IMG/VR virus record: IMGVR_UViG_3300025018_000102
Coordinates: 86,132 to 150,131 of that record
Length of the DNA stretch: 64,000 nucleotides
Source: a virus
Strand: one strand, 5' to 3'
The first letter of the stretch is position 1; every line of letters starts with the position of its first letter. This document shows positions 18,180 to 26,896 of the stretch, piece by piece. The notes beneath the pieces were generated by a model, which saw only the letters and a program-made list of their open reading frames with translations, was not told the DNA's origin and did not search any database. Made by a program: the position numbers and the translations under genes.

Positions 18180-19120
18180 TACGCGATGTCAAACAGGTTG
18201 CTGGAGGTCGATGGAACGACGAAGGTACGGCCGTAGTTTGCGGCGGGGATGGAGGCCTCCATCGCCGTGCCGGCAATCAGTTCAGCAGTGAAGAACCCCT
18301 GTGCGTCGGTTGTAGCGCTAATGAACTCATTCGTGATTACCAGGCCAGAGTCTGCTGCTCGGCGCACAGTGGGTGAACCTAGAGTCCTGAACCCTACCTT
18401 CGCTCCAACTACTGGAGTACCCTGTGGGCCTGACACGTAGCCAAAGACAGAAACCGTAGGGACTGGCAGCGCCCCAGAGCTGCTGGCCTCTGTGAAGGCT
18501 GCCACCACGTTGGCCTGCACAAGGGCAGGCTTGGTGTACTCGCCGGTGACTCGGATTGCGAGCGACCCGAGCACCGAGGTGTCTGTGGCATCGAGTTGTA
18601 GGGAGAAGAACCCCCCTCCTAGGTTGGTGAAGTCCCCGTCCGTACCCCCGCTCAGGGCAGTGGGTCCTCCAGCTACAGAAACCACGGAGGTGCCCAGGCC
18701 GACGAAGTTCACATCTACCTCGGAGGCAAGTGCGTCAACGGCAGCCACAATCTGGGCGTAGGTGTTGTCTGCCGGCACCGGTACGCCAGCCACAACACTC
18801 AAACTCACGACGAAAGCGGTGCCTGTTAGGCTGACCGCCAGATCCGAGGTGCCCGCAGGAACCACAATCTCGAAGGTGTATGAGTTGCCTGCGGTACCGG
18901 CTACATAGGCAGTCAGATCCCCAATAGTGGCGGAGGCGTTCGTGGATAGGGTGAACGCTTGGGTCTTGAAGAAAGTGTCCGTAGACTTCTTCAAGGCAAC
19001 AGTCAGCGTGTCAAAACCGTACCCGACAAGAGCGGGTGCAGACGAGGCCCCAGTCGAGGCCTCATTCTCAAGGTAGAAGATTACCTCAGCAGGGGTACTT
19101 TGTACTAAGAAGACGGACAC
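18179..19120 (-). CDS. Virion structural protein with C-terminal carboxypeptidase-regulatory-like beta domain
   Basis: 'VFGYV...GTPVVGAKV...TTDAQGFF' motif; shared beta domain. Confidence 0.55.
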   Translation of the reverse strand: MSVFLVQSTPAEVIFYLENEASTGASSAPALVGYGFDTLTVALKKSTDTFFKTQAFTLSTNASATIGDLTAYVAGTAGNSYTFEIVVPAGTSDLAVSLTGTAFVVSLSVVAGVPVPADNTYAQIVAAVDALASEVDVNFVGLGTSVVSVAGGPTALSGGTDGDFTNLGGGFFSLQLDATDTSVLGSLAIRVTGEYTKPALVQANVVAAFTEASSSGALPVPTVSVFGYVSGPQGTPVVGAKVGFRTLGSPTVRRAADSGLVITNEFISATTDAQGFFTAELIAGTAMEASIPAANYGRTFVVPSTSSNLFDIA

Positions 19121-19144
19121 TAATCAACTCTCCCGTACACATAG

Positions 19145-19185
19145 AAAAAGGGCAGTGCACTACACAAAGTATAGCACACTGCCCT
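19145..19185 (-). terminator. Terminator-like hairpin containing an extended -10 element
   Basis: GGGCAGTGTGCTATAC-TTT-GTGTAGTGCACTGCCC-TTTTT; TGCTATACT lies in the stem. Confidence 0.65.
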
Positions 19186-19205
19186 AACTTCAGTAAGTGG
19201 TGTTC

Positions 19206-19535
19206 TTACTGGTTGACGTCATCCAGACTTAGTGCCTTGACATTCGATGTGTCTCCGGCAACAAAACCTGGGCGACGTGGATGCCGGTTCATGGGACGAA
19301 GCCCCACCAACTCTGCTCCAGTGCCTACATATGCGTCAGTACTCGTGGCTGTGGTAAAGTCGCTGTCCACCCCTGTATTCAGGGTGTTCGCTAGTGCCTC
19401 TTGGAAATCTTCAAACGCCGTAAAGGTCGTTCCTGCTAGATTCTCAAGCACATGCAAAAGCCCATTTAGGGACTTACGCAACTGATCCACTTCCGCCGAG
19501 GACTGATCGCCAACTACAAGTCGTACATTAGCCAT
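19206..19535 (-). CDS. Hypothetical protein
   Basis: 109 aa with AGGAGG SD. Confidence 0.7.
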   Translation of the reverse strand: MANVRLVVGDQSSAEVDQLRKSLNGLLHVLENLAGTTFTAFEDFQEALANTLNTGVDSDFTTATSTDAYVGTGAELVGLRPMNRHPRRPGFVAGDTSNVKALSLDDVNQ

Positions 19536-19547
19536 GTCTTACTCCTC

Positions 19548-20156
19548 CTACTTCTTACTCTTTGATTTGCGACCAGAAGCCGCTGGTTTTTGTGATTCTT
19601 TGGGTTTTGCCTCTTCAGCAACTTTTGCCTCTTCAGCCTTAGCCGCCTCTTCAGCAACTTTTGCCTCTTCAGCAACTTTTGCCTCTTCAGCCTTAGCAGC
19701 CTCTTCGTCAGCAACTTTTGCCCCTTCAGCAGCTTTTGCCTCTTCAGCAGCATCGTCGGCCTCAGCGGCCTTGAGCTTGGCAAGAACCTCCAGCGCCTCT
19801 TCCGAGGGCATTGGGCTCTTAGGGGCCTCAGCCTCGTCGATGAACGTGTAGCGGCCAGGGCGAACCCGAGCAATACTCTTCATCAGCGGAAGCTGGTTTT
19901 CGGGGAAAGAGGCAACTCCCTCTGAGTCAAACTTGAGCACTAGTTCACCGCGGTCACCAAACACCTGGGTGCTAGATCGGGCGGAGTTGCTTCGTACTTT
20001 GATTCTCTTCATACCTTGTCCTTCAGTTGCTCTTGATCTTGGCTTGTCACTCTCCATTACCTTCCCAAGGACCTGTTCTAGCGAACTAGGCTTGATATCT
20101 TTGCGTAAGTCGGCTGCGCCTTCTGACCATTGGGATATCGAGTTGTACTTCTTCAT
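19548..20156 (-). CDS. Hypothetical protein with EEAK(V/A)A repeats, following major capsid gene
   Basis: ORF track; alternative start ATG at 20012. Confidence 0.65.
   Translation of the reverse strand: MKKYNSISQWSEGAADLRKDIKPSSLEQVLGKVMESDKPRSRATEGQGMKRIKVRSNSARSSTQVFGDRGELVLKFDSEGVASFPENQLPLMKSIARVRPGRYTFIDEAEAPKSPMPSEEALEVLAKLKAAEADDAAEEAKAAEGAKVADEEAAKAEEAKVAEEAKVAEEAAKAEEAKVAEEAKPKESQKPAASGRKSKSKK
19605..19752 (-). repeat. Coding tandem repeat (18/21-bp units, AEEAKV / AEEAAK)
   Basis: Repeated GCCTCTTCAGCAACTTTT-type units on + strand. Confidence 0.85.
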
Positions 20157-20170
20157 TGGGAAGGGAATGG

Positions 20171-20207
20171 AAAGAAGAGTAGGGCGGAGTTTCCCCCGCC
20201 CTACTCA
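20171..20207 (-). terminator. Intrinsic terminator after major capsid gene
   Basis: GAGTAGGGCGG-loop-CCGCCCTACTC-TTCTTT. Confidence 0.75.
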
Positions 20208-20211
20208 GCTA

Positions 20212-21672
20212 TTAGCTGCGGGTTTCGAGGGCGCCGATGTTGATCAGGCGGATCCACTTCTTACGAGCGAACATGATGGGTGTACCGTACAGGAGGATCA
20301 TCCAGCGGTATGCGGGGCTAAGCACCGCAAGGTCCATCTTCATCATCGGCATCAGCTGACGGAAGGTAAGGACGCTAGGCGTCATCTCTCCGATGTAGGC
20401 TGTGCTGGTGAACGGAAGCGTGAGATTCACGTCCGAGACCGTGGTGACGCCAGCTGCAGCTTGCGATGCTGCTGGAATCTTGGCAATCAGGGCGTAGTCA
20501 CCTAGGCTCGAAGGAACAGCCGCGCCGGAAGCTTGCGCTCGGCAACGATAGACCTTGAAGTACTCAGGAGGCTGCGCGCCAATTGTGGCCGCGTTGGTGA
20601 TGGTGAGGGTGATCGACGCACCGGAAGCCTTCTGGCCGGCCGAGATACTGGTAAGGGCACCTGGGACTGCAGTAGGAGCTGACTCGCCGAAGCGGTTGGC
20701 GGCCGTAACCACGTAACCGTACTCGTTTGCGCCCGCCCCCGCACCCTTGACGAAGTCACCATCAGTCGCGCCGCCAGCCACGACTGCTGCGATGGACGCA
20801 GGAGTTGCAGGAGCGTTCGAACTGGTAGCTGCCGAAGGAGCTGGAGGAGTCTTCTGAATGAAGACGTCGGGGTTCATCTCAATGTCACCCGCTGAGGTGG
20901 CGATCGAGCCGATGGTCATGCCGACCTTACCGTTCACCGGGGCAGGCATCTGGATGCGCTGACGTGGGTAGAACGTCTTGGTCAAGTCACTGTGGGTCCG
21001 GAAGCCGGAGAAGAAGTCCGTTGGGAAACCGAAGTTCTCAAGAACGATGTTGGTGGCCTCTTCAATGTCGGCTTCTTGAGCAGCGTGGCCCTCAAGGTCA
21101 AGCACCGAAGTGGGGTCGATGAGCGAGTCAAGACCGTCCCACTGCTCGGCTTCACCATCAAAGGCAAGCGAGGAGTCACCTGTGAACAGGCTTCGCTCGA
21201 TTTGCTCCATGAGGTGCATGATGCCGTTTTGGTTCTCGAGGGCGATTAGGTCGCCGTGGGCAGGTGTCACAAGTGATGCCTGGTGAGTAACCTCACGCAC
21301 AGTTCCTAGGAACTTAACGAGTTTGGTTTGACGGCTGTAGGACGAATCGCTGGCCTGCGGGAGTTCACCCTCTCGCGTCCATGGAGTCGCCTGTCCGCCG
21401 TAGTCGCTCAACTGGTTGTATTCCTCAACCGTGCTGTATGCGGGGCTCTTGAAGATTTTCTTCCAGAGCTTGATGTGGCTTGATGTGTGAGTGAGGACCT
21501 TGAGCGACAACTCGAGACTCTCAACGCGAAGGCTCGAGCCACCAGTGCGGCCTGCGCCGACTTGGTAACCTGCCTCAAGTGCCTTTTGAAGTGATTCCAC
21601 TTCTTGGGCATTTGTCGCGCCGTGGCCTTCGTAGCCACCACTCTTTGAAAACTGATTTAGACCGATAGACAT
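20212..21672 (-). CDS. Major capsid protein
   Basis: 'KALEAGY...GGSSLRVESLE...AYSTVEEY...EGELP...FLG' pattern of SPO1/Herelleviridae-like capsids; follows protease and scaffold; internal 'YVVTAANRFGESAP' Fn3-like insert. Confidence 0.9.
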   Translation of the reverse strand: MSIGLNQFSKSGGYEGHGATNAQEVESLQKALEAGYQVGAGRTGGSSLRVESLELSLKVLTHTSSHIKLWKKIFKSPAYSTVEEYNQLSDYGGQATPWTREGELPQASDSSYSRQTKLVKFLGTVREVTHQASLVTPAHGDLIALENQNGIMHLMEQIERSLFTGDSSLAFDGEAEQWDGLDSLIDPTSVLDLEGHAAQEADIEEATNIVLENFGFPTDFFSGFRTHSDLTKTFYPRQRIQMPAPVNGKVGMTIGSIATSAGDIEMNPDVFIQKTPPAPSAATSSNAPATPASIAAVVAGGATDGDFVKGAGAGANEYGYVVTAANRFGESAPTAVPGALTSISAGQKASGASITLTITNAATIGAQPPEYFKVYRCRAQASGAAVPSSLGDYALIAKIPAASQAAAGVTTVSDVNLTLPFTSTAYIGEMTPSVLTFRQLMPMMKMDLAVLSPAYRWMILLYGTPIMFARKKWIRLINIGALETRS

Positions 21673-21684
21673 CTGATTCTCTCC

Positions 21685-22644
21685 TTATTGACCTACGGCC
21701 TGGCGGACCTTAGCTGCAAGAGCATCCGACATGTGACCATTTGTGTTGTAGCTAACCGCTTCGTGAACCGAGCATTGTCCCTTTTGGACTAGCTCGCTGA
21801 TTGTGCTCTCGATGAGGGCCTTGCTGATTTGCTGGCCTTGTGGGGCGTATCCGCCCTTTTCGATCGCTTGAATGTTCTCCACCGAACGGAAACCGTTGGC
21901 TGGAGTCGACTCAATCGCTTCTTGTCGAGCTGCGACGCCTGTGACGGCCTCGCCAAGCGACACGACTGCGTTCGCTAGGCTCTTCTTGAACTGAGCGTCG
22001 TCCGACTGCATGGTGCCGAGGGCATTCATGATCTTCGCGACGGTGCGTTGCTCGGAGGCTGCAATCGCCTTTGAGAGCACATCACCAAAAGATGCAAGGA
22101 ACTCTGAGACTTCGAAGCCCTTTGAGACGTCCTCGTCTTCAGCGGCAAAGTCGGCAAGGGACTTGTTCATGTCCTTCTTGTCGTCCTCGTCCTCGTCCTC
22201 GTCGTCCTTCTTCTTGAACTGCGGAGGAAGGCCCTTCTCGGCATCTTCCTTCTCGTCGTCCTTACCTGCGAACGCCATCGCCTTGGCGAAGAACGCTGCT
22301 TCCTTGACAGTCAGCTCTTCACCCTTGAGGATCTTAGCCGTGATGCCCTTCATGACCTTGCCCTGGGGCGAATAGTCGGTGCCGTTCTCGGAAACCGAGT
22401 CAACGCCTGGACCGTTGTCCGAGACCTTGCTCCAGTCCGATCCGGCCCAGCCCTCGCGGCTCGAGTTCGCACCCGCGCTGGAGTGCTGTGTTGCGCCTGC
22501 ACTGGATCCTGCGCCCTTGGAACCATCCTTCATGGACTCGACCTCAGTTGGCTTCGTGCCGCGTGAGGAGTGTCCCTTCGAGAGATCCCGGAGGTCGCTA
22601 AGAGCCTTTGCAAAATCGCCTTGATTTACATTTTGCTCACTCAT
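21685..22644 (-). CDS. Capsid scaffold protein
   Basis: Acidic/helical, between protease and capsid, many xxK(S/A/G) motifs. Confidence 0.75.
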   Translation of the reverse strand: MSEQNVNQGDFAKALSDLRDLSKGHSSRGTKPTEVESMKDGSKGAGSSAGATQHSSAGANSSREGWAGSDWSKVSDNGPGVDSVSENGTDYSPQGKVMKGITAKILKGEELTVKEAAFFAKAMAFAGKDDEKEDAEKGLPPQFKKKDDEDEDEDDKKDMNKSLADFAAEDEDVSKGFEVSEFLASFGDVLSKAIAASEQRTVAKIMNALGTMQSDDAQFKKSLANAVVSLGEAVTGVAARQEAIESTPANGFRSVENIQAIEKGGYAPQGQQISKALIESTISELVQKGQCSVHEAVSYNTNGHMSDALAAKVRQAVGQ

Positions 22645-22645
22645 A

Positions 22646-23434
22646 TTATTGCTCCTTACCTAAATAACTAAAAATGACGCGCGCAATATTATCTGCCGCG
22701 ACACGATCTATGTTCAATGTGGACTCAACCAACTTCACGGACTCGTCAAACGAGAGGGACTTTTGAGTTCTAACGTCCTTCACATCGGAGTCCAAAGACT
22801 CTGGAACAAGAGGGTTTCCTCCGGCTCCAACAGTCAGTGCCTTTTCCTCATCGTCGTCTTCGTGCGACTGTGAGGGGTCCCAACCTTGGGCGGAGAGGCT
22901 CTTGGCAATCTCGGCCCACGTGGTGGTGTTCACGGGACAGCTCGTCACTGCCACTTCTTGGATCCAGCACTTCTTGATGGTGCTGCCTTCGCGTCGTTGG
23001 ACCTTCCCCTGAATGGAGAAGCCCATCTTGCGGTTGGAGCCTGCAGCCTGAACGGCGTGCATATGCTCCCAGATGTCATCTGCGGTCTTCTTTAGGCCGG
23101 CGGGGTAGAGGTAGCCCTTTACCCATAGGCCATTTTTGGTAATCTTCGCTTCAGTGGGCTCACCCACTCGATTGTCTTCACCGGGCTTATGGTCCCAGTT
23201 GAAGTATCCCCGCTTAAGGAAGTAGGAGAAGTCTAGACCTGCTTGGTCTACGACCTCACCTTGGAGGTCACGTGCGGAAGTCGAGGCGATCCCTTGGATC
23301 CACCTGCGCCCCTTTGCATCCACCTTAGGTTTACCGTCCTTGCCGCCCTTAGAGAGCACTTGGCAAGGAAGCCAAAAGGTAAAAGTGTTTTCGTCATTCC
23401 AACCGTTCAAAATGGTACTTTCAATGAAAAACAA
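22646..23434 (-). CDS. Prohead (capsid maturation) protease; start uncertain (TTG at 23410 possible)
   Basis: 'IQGIAST...DLQGE', 'NWDH', 'GFSIQG', 'VAVTSCPVN' HK97/U35-type protease motifs. Confidence 0.88.
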   Translation of the reverse strand: MFFIESTILNGWNDENTFTFWLPCQVLSKGGKDGKPKVDAKGRRWIQGIASTSARDLQGEVVDQAGLDFSYFLKRGYFNWDHKPGEDNRVGEPTEAKITKNGLWVKGYLYPAGLKKTADDIWEHMHAVQAAGSNRKMGFSIQGKVQRREGSTIKKCWIQEVAVTSCPVNTTTWAEIAKSLSAQGWDPSQSHEDDDEEKALTVGAGGNPLVPESLDSDVKDVRTQKSLSFDESVKLVESTLNIDRVAADNIARVIFSYLGKEQ

Positions 23435-23472
23435 AAAAGGAGAGCAACCTCGATGACCAAGGTTCGCTCTCC
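23433..23472 (-). terminator. Terminator/attenuator directly upstream of protease gene
   Basis: GGAGAGCGAACCT-loop-AGGTTGCTCTCC-T6. Confidence 0.7.
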
Positions 23473-23506
23473 CTTTATTGGAGACACTGATTATTTCACT
23501 ACGCCA

Positions 23507-23535
23507 ATAGTAATATAAGGAGATCTGTCCGTCAA
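23507..23535 (-). promoter_or_regulatory. sigma70-like promoter
   Basis: TTGACG-N17-TACTAT. Confidence 0.55.
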
Positions 23536-23757
23536 CTACTTTCTTATAAAAAGTTTCAACCTAGAAGACTTTAGCATACTCTTGACCAGTGTGTCATCTA
23601 TGGACAGGGGGAAGGGTATGTCTGACCCACAGCCCTTACAGACTACGACTGACGTATTTCCCTTGAGAATGATGACTTTTGAGCGAAGCTTGGCCGAGCC
23701 GTCGGGCATCGACTTGAGCACCTGCTCTCCACAATGGGTGCAGCACAGTGTTGACAT
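23536..23757 (-). CDS. Small Zn-ribbon protein
   Basis: CTHC...CKGC. Confidence 0.7.
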   Translation of the reverse strand: MSTLCCTHCGEQVLKSMPDGSAKLRSKVIILKGNTSVVVCKGCGSDIPFPLSIDDTLVKSMLKSSRLKLFIRK

Positions 23758-24675
23758 TTATTCGTCCTGAGTGAACTCTAAGAGAGAAAAAGTGGCCAAC
23801 CCCAGGACGTGGTTAGCAAAAGATATGAGTAGGGAAGGATGTACGTCTCCTCCCTTGGTGATGTCAAAGAACGTGTAGTCCCGATCAAACAGTGAGATAC
23901 TTACTGGCTCCCCAGTTCTCGCATTTACAAAGTGCACGTTGGCGGGCGAGATACGGGCCATAACTCCTTGGCCCATAGGCACCACACTGCCGGGACGAGG
24001 GAACAGACTCTTGATGAGAGGGTAGGTGTCCTCGTGGAACTCCTGAAGTGGGAGGCGCAGAGACTTCTCCACGTCCTTCGAACGCTCCTCCACCTCATCC
24101 ATTGCCGCACACAAATCCAAGTTGTTGGCGGCGAAGTAGGACTCTTCGGCGAGTTTCCAGCCGTAAGCCTGCCCCGTGGCCTTGCTGTACACCCGCTGCT
24201 CACTGGGAACTGCTGTGTAGGTGCCGTACCCACTTTTGACGGTGATGGACTCTTGCTTCAGCGCTGCTTGCTTTTGCCTGGACTTAGGATCACTCGAGTA
24301 GGAGGGATGAGGAGTACCCTCGTCTACATCGCCCTCCGGGAAGCTCTCGAGCCCGGAGGCTGCCCAATACTCTGGGTTGGCAGGGTGCTCCTTCTTGGCG
24401 ATCTCCTTGTCCGAGATGTTCGGATCTACGATTCGCCAATGGTATTTAGATAGGCAGAATCCTGGGTTCACGTACCCTAGGAGGAACATGAGATTCCCAG
24501 AGGCGGAGCCCAGGTACTTCTTGGTGCCCTCTAGGCCGGGGTAACTCGTGGTGAACGTGATGTGAGAGGCCTTCTTGCCCTTCAGGTGCTCACTTACGGC
24601 CTCCAACTTCTTCCAGTTGTCCAAGCCCTTTGCCTTGCGGGCCTTGGCGATGTCTTCTAGTGCGTCAAAGATCAT
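23758..24675 (-). CDS. Hypothetical protein (probable internal head protein)
   Basis: 305 aa, ATGA overlap, xxK(S/A/G) motifs. Confidence 0.6.
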   Translation of the reverse strand: MIFDALEDIAKARKAKGLDNWKKLEAVSEHLKGKKASHITFTTSYPGLEGTKKYLGSASGNLMFLLGYVNPGFCLSKYHWRIVDPNISDKEIAKKEHPANPEYWAASGLESFPEGDVDEGTPHPSYSSDPKSRQKQAALKQESITVKSGYGTYTAVPSEQRVYSKATGQAYGWKLAEESYFAANNLDLCAAMDEVEERSKDVEKSLRLPLQEFHEDTYPLIKSLFPRPGSVVPMGQGVMARISPANVHFVNARTGEPVSISLFDRDYTFFDITKGGDVHPSLLISFANHVLGLATFSLLEFTQDE

Positions 24676-26015
24676 TCGTCGGCCTCTGGGAGCTGCGGGT
24701 CATCTTCGGAGCTACCGGACTCTTGTTCGGTCTCAGCCTGCTGGTCTTCGGCTAGTTCGTCCTCAGTGGGCTCAGTGGGCTGAAGTAGGTCTTCCAACTC
24801 GGCTTCCGTTACCTCATGTAGGGGCATGGAGTGGAGCCACTTACTGAAGTCCATCTCATCGGGGCGCTTGGCTGTGAGGTCAGCCCAAACGGTGAGTACG
24901 CCGAAAGGGTCCGGATTGATCTTCGTCAGCGACTTACCTACTTCATCGGGCGGAGGAGGCTCTTCCTCGTCGCCTTCAGGGGCCGTGTCTTCTTCGGGCT
25001 CGTCGAGCATTGGGGGCTCATCTTCTTCTCGATAGTTCTGCTTGAGCACACGCTGCAACTGGAGGTCAACCAGGTGGCTGATGTCGTCTGGGGTCCCAAG
25101 GACGTTCCCAACCTCGATGAGAGCCATCTCGTGGAAGTCCTTGATGTCCACAGCGTTGGCAGCCAATCGGTGCACGATTTTGCTGTACAGGTGGCTGACG
25201 TGCCAGAAGAGCAGGTAGGCTGGTGAGATTCTCAGGGCCGAGAAGATGGACTGCATGTGGCGGGGGCCAATGGGCTGTTGGCCCATACGAGTGCCCAGCA
25301 TGAACAGTGGCTCTTCGCCGTCCCTCCCGGTGGTGAGAGACGTGAATAGGTCAAGAAGCACTACGTCCAGAACAATCTTCTTTCCTAGGAAGATCACAGT
25401 GGAATCCACGTACTCCACATCTGCCACTGTGGCCGTAAGAAGCTCGTACATGTCGTACATGCCTTGGTCAACCAGCATCAGGATCAGCGCGACGACACGA
25501 TCCTTCGGGTGTGCGGATTGGAGAAGCTTGGCTGCGTATTTGCGGTAACGCACTAGCCCGGAGTCTGTGGTGCGCAGGTTGTACTGGACCCAAAGGTCCA
25601 GGTTCTCTCGAATGTCTGAATCGAGGTACATGAAGCGCACAGACCCGTCCTCGACCTCGTACATCCCATACCATATGGACGAGGGGTTCATTGGGTCGTA
25701 GGCCTCGTTGCGAAGTAGTTCGGTGTCAATAGGGAGCGACGCGTGAAGTTTTCTTCCGTCCTCCGTATAGAACTGAGGGGCCAAGTTGGGCATCACCTGG
25801 TCAGCGACCAAGATGGCGTTACCACTTAGGGGATCGTAGTCTGGATGGTGCTCAGGGGCATTGGTGTACTGCCAGTAGTTGAGGAACCTGTCCTTGTACC
25901 AGAAGTCGTAGATGCCGTGGGAGCCCGAGCGATAGACGTATTTGTGCGTTGGGTCAACGCCTTCTGGCAACCCAAACGCCTTGTCAATGTTGTCTTCGGA
26001 TATTACGAGCTTCAT
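24672..26015 (-). CDS. Topoisomerase IB/tyrosine-recombinase-fold protein, apparently catalytically degenerate, acidic C-terminus
   Basis: Ordered segments 'KDRVVALILMLVDQG', 'FLGKK', 'EEPLF', 'EVGNVLG' recall the TopIB core; catalytic R/R/H/Y not seen. Confidence 0.45.
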   Translation of the reverse strand: MKLVISEDNIDKAFGLPEGVDPTHKYVYRSGSHGIYDFWYKDRFLNYWQYTNAPEHHPDYDPLSGNAILVADQVMPNLAPQFYTEDGRKLHASLPIDTELLRNEAYDPMNPSSIWYGMYEVEDGSVRFMYLDSDIRENLDLWVQYNLRTTDSGLVRYRKYAAKLLQSAHPKDRVVALILMLVDQGMYDMYELLTATVADVEYVDSTVIFLGKKIVLDVVLLDLFTSLTTGRDGEEPLFMLGTRMGQQPIGPRHMQSIFSALRISPAYLLFWHVSHLYSKIVHRLAANAVDIKDFHEMALIEVGNVLGTPDDISHLVDLQLQRVLKQNYREEDEPPMLDEPEEDTAPEGDEEEPPPPDEVGKSLTKINPDPFGVLTVWADLTAKRPDEMDFSKWLHSMPLHEVTEAELEDLLQPTEPTEDELAEDQQAETEQESGSSEDDPQLPEADE

Positions 26016-26341
26016 GAGCCTGGCATGCTAGGTATAACTACTGAATAGTAACATATCCCGGAGGACTTGTCTGGAACGAGGATTCCCTTGGCTTCGAGAT
26101 TGCGGATTGCCTTGATACTCATGTGCTTGAGCAACTTGAGTTTGGTGAGGCCTTTGACCTGGGACAGGGACTTTAGCACATTTATGGCTACTTGTGCCCT
26201 AAGGTAGGGGTTGCGAACGTCATAGCCCTTACTGACGTCCTCCTCCTCATTTTGGGGAGGCTTGGGGCGCTCTTTCGGAGCAGCGGTCTTTGCCTCTGCA
26301 AATACTGCGTCTTCCTGCGACCACAGGATGCCTAATGCCTG
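26012..26341 (-). CDS. Hypothetical protein; start uncertain
   Basis: Open frame filling the gap between flanking genes (track 26012..26383). Confidence 0.45.
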   Translation of the reverse strand, partial: QALGILWSQEDAVFAEAKTAAPKERPKPPQNEEEDVSKGYDVRNPYLRAQVAINVLKSLSQVKGLTKLKLLKHMSIKAIRNLEAKGILVPDKSSGICYYSVVIPSMPGS

Positions 26342-26348
26342 ACTATCT

Positions 26349-26669
26349 TCATAACTCGACAACAGGTCCACCCATCTCGGCAATGTAGTCCATCAGGTAT
26401 CCCTTCAGTTCCAAACGGGCCATACGCTCGTGGAGGGCGTCGATAGGGTACCCTGGAAAGATCTCCTGGTAAACCTCTTTGATGATCTCAGGGTCCATGA
26501 TGGGCAGAAGCTCGATGAGCCTGGTGAGCCCGTCCTGCGAATCCAGGTCGAAGTTGTACATCGACTTCGCCACAATGTTCCTCTCGGACATAGCGGGCTC
26601 GTAGTGGATGTTGAGAAGTTCGACGGACTTGTCGTCGTCGAACCAGGTTTCTAGGTGGGAGAAGTTCAC
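26349..26669 (-). CDS. Hypothetical protein
   Basis: 106 aa, GTGA overlap with upstream gene. Confidence 0.65.
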   Translation of the reverse strand: MNFSHLETWFDDDKSVELLNIHYEPAMSERNIVAKSMYNFDLDSQDGLTRLIELLPIMDPEIIKEVYQEIFPGYPIDALHERMARLELKGYLMDYIAEMGGPVVEL

Positions 26670-26893
26670 TTTACCTTCGTCATGCTGATGTAGCCGTTGT
26701 TGTAGCGCTGAGGGAGCACCTCAAGGAACTCGATGCCGTCCTTGATAGTCTTGCCTCCAATATCGGCCTCCTTCAGACGTATCATGAAGTGCGGGGTGTC
26801 ACAGGCAACCCGCTGACCATCCCACCACACGTGAATGGTCTCCTTCATGCCTGAGTTCATCTTTAACTCGTACTCGTGTTCTCTGGTAGCCAT
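26666..26893 (-). CDS. Hypothetical protein
   Basis: 75 aa, tightly packed. Confidence 0.65.
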   Translation of the reverse strand: MATREHEYELKMNSGMKETIHVWWDGQRVACDTPHFMIRLKEADIGGKTIKDGIEFLEVLPQRYNNGYISMTKVK

Positions 26894-26896
26894 GCC

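Noticed and set aside
24672-26015. Integrase indicating a temperate lifestyle
   Set aside because: Catalytic R-H-R-Y residues absent, head-module context, no repressor or att site seen
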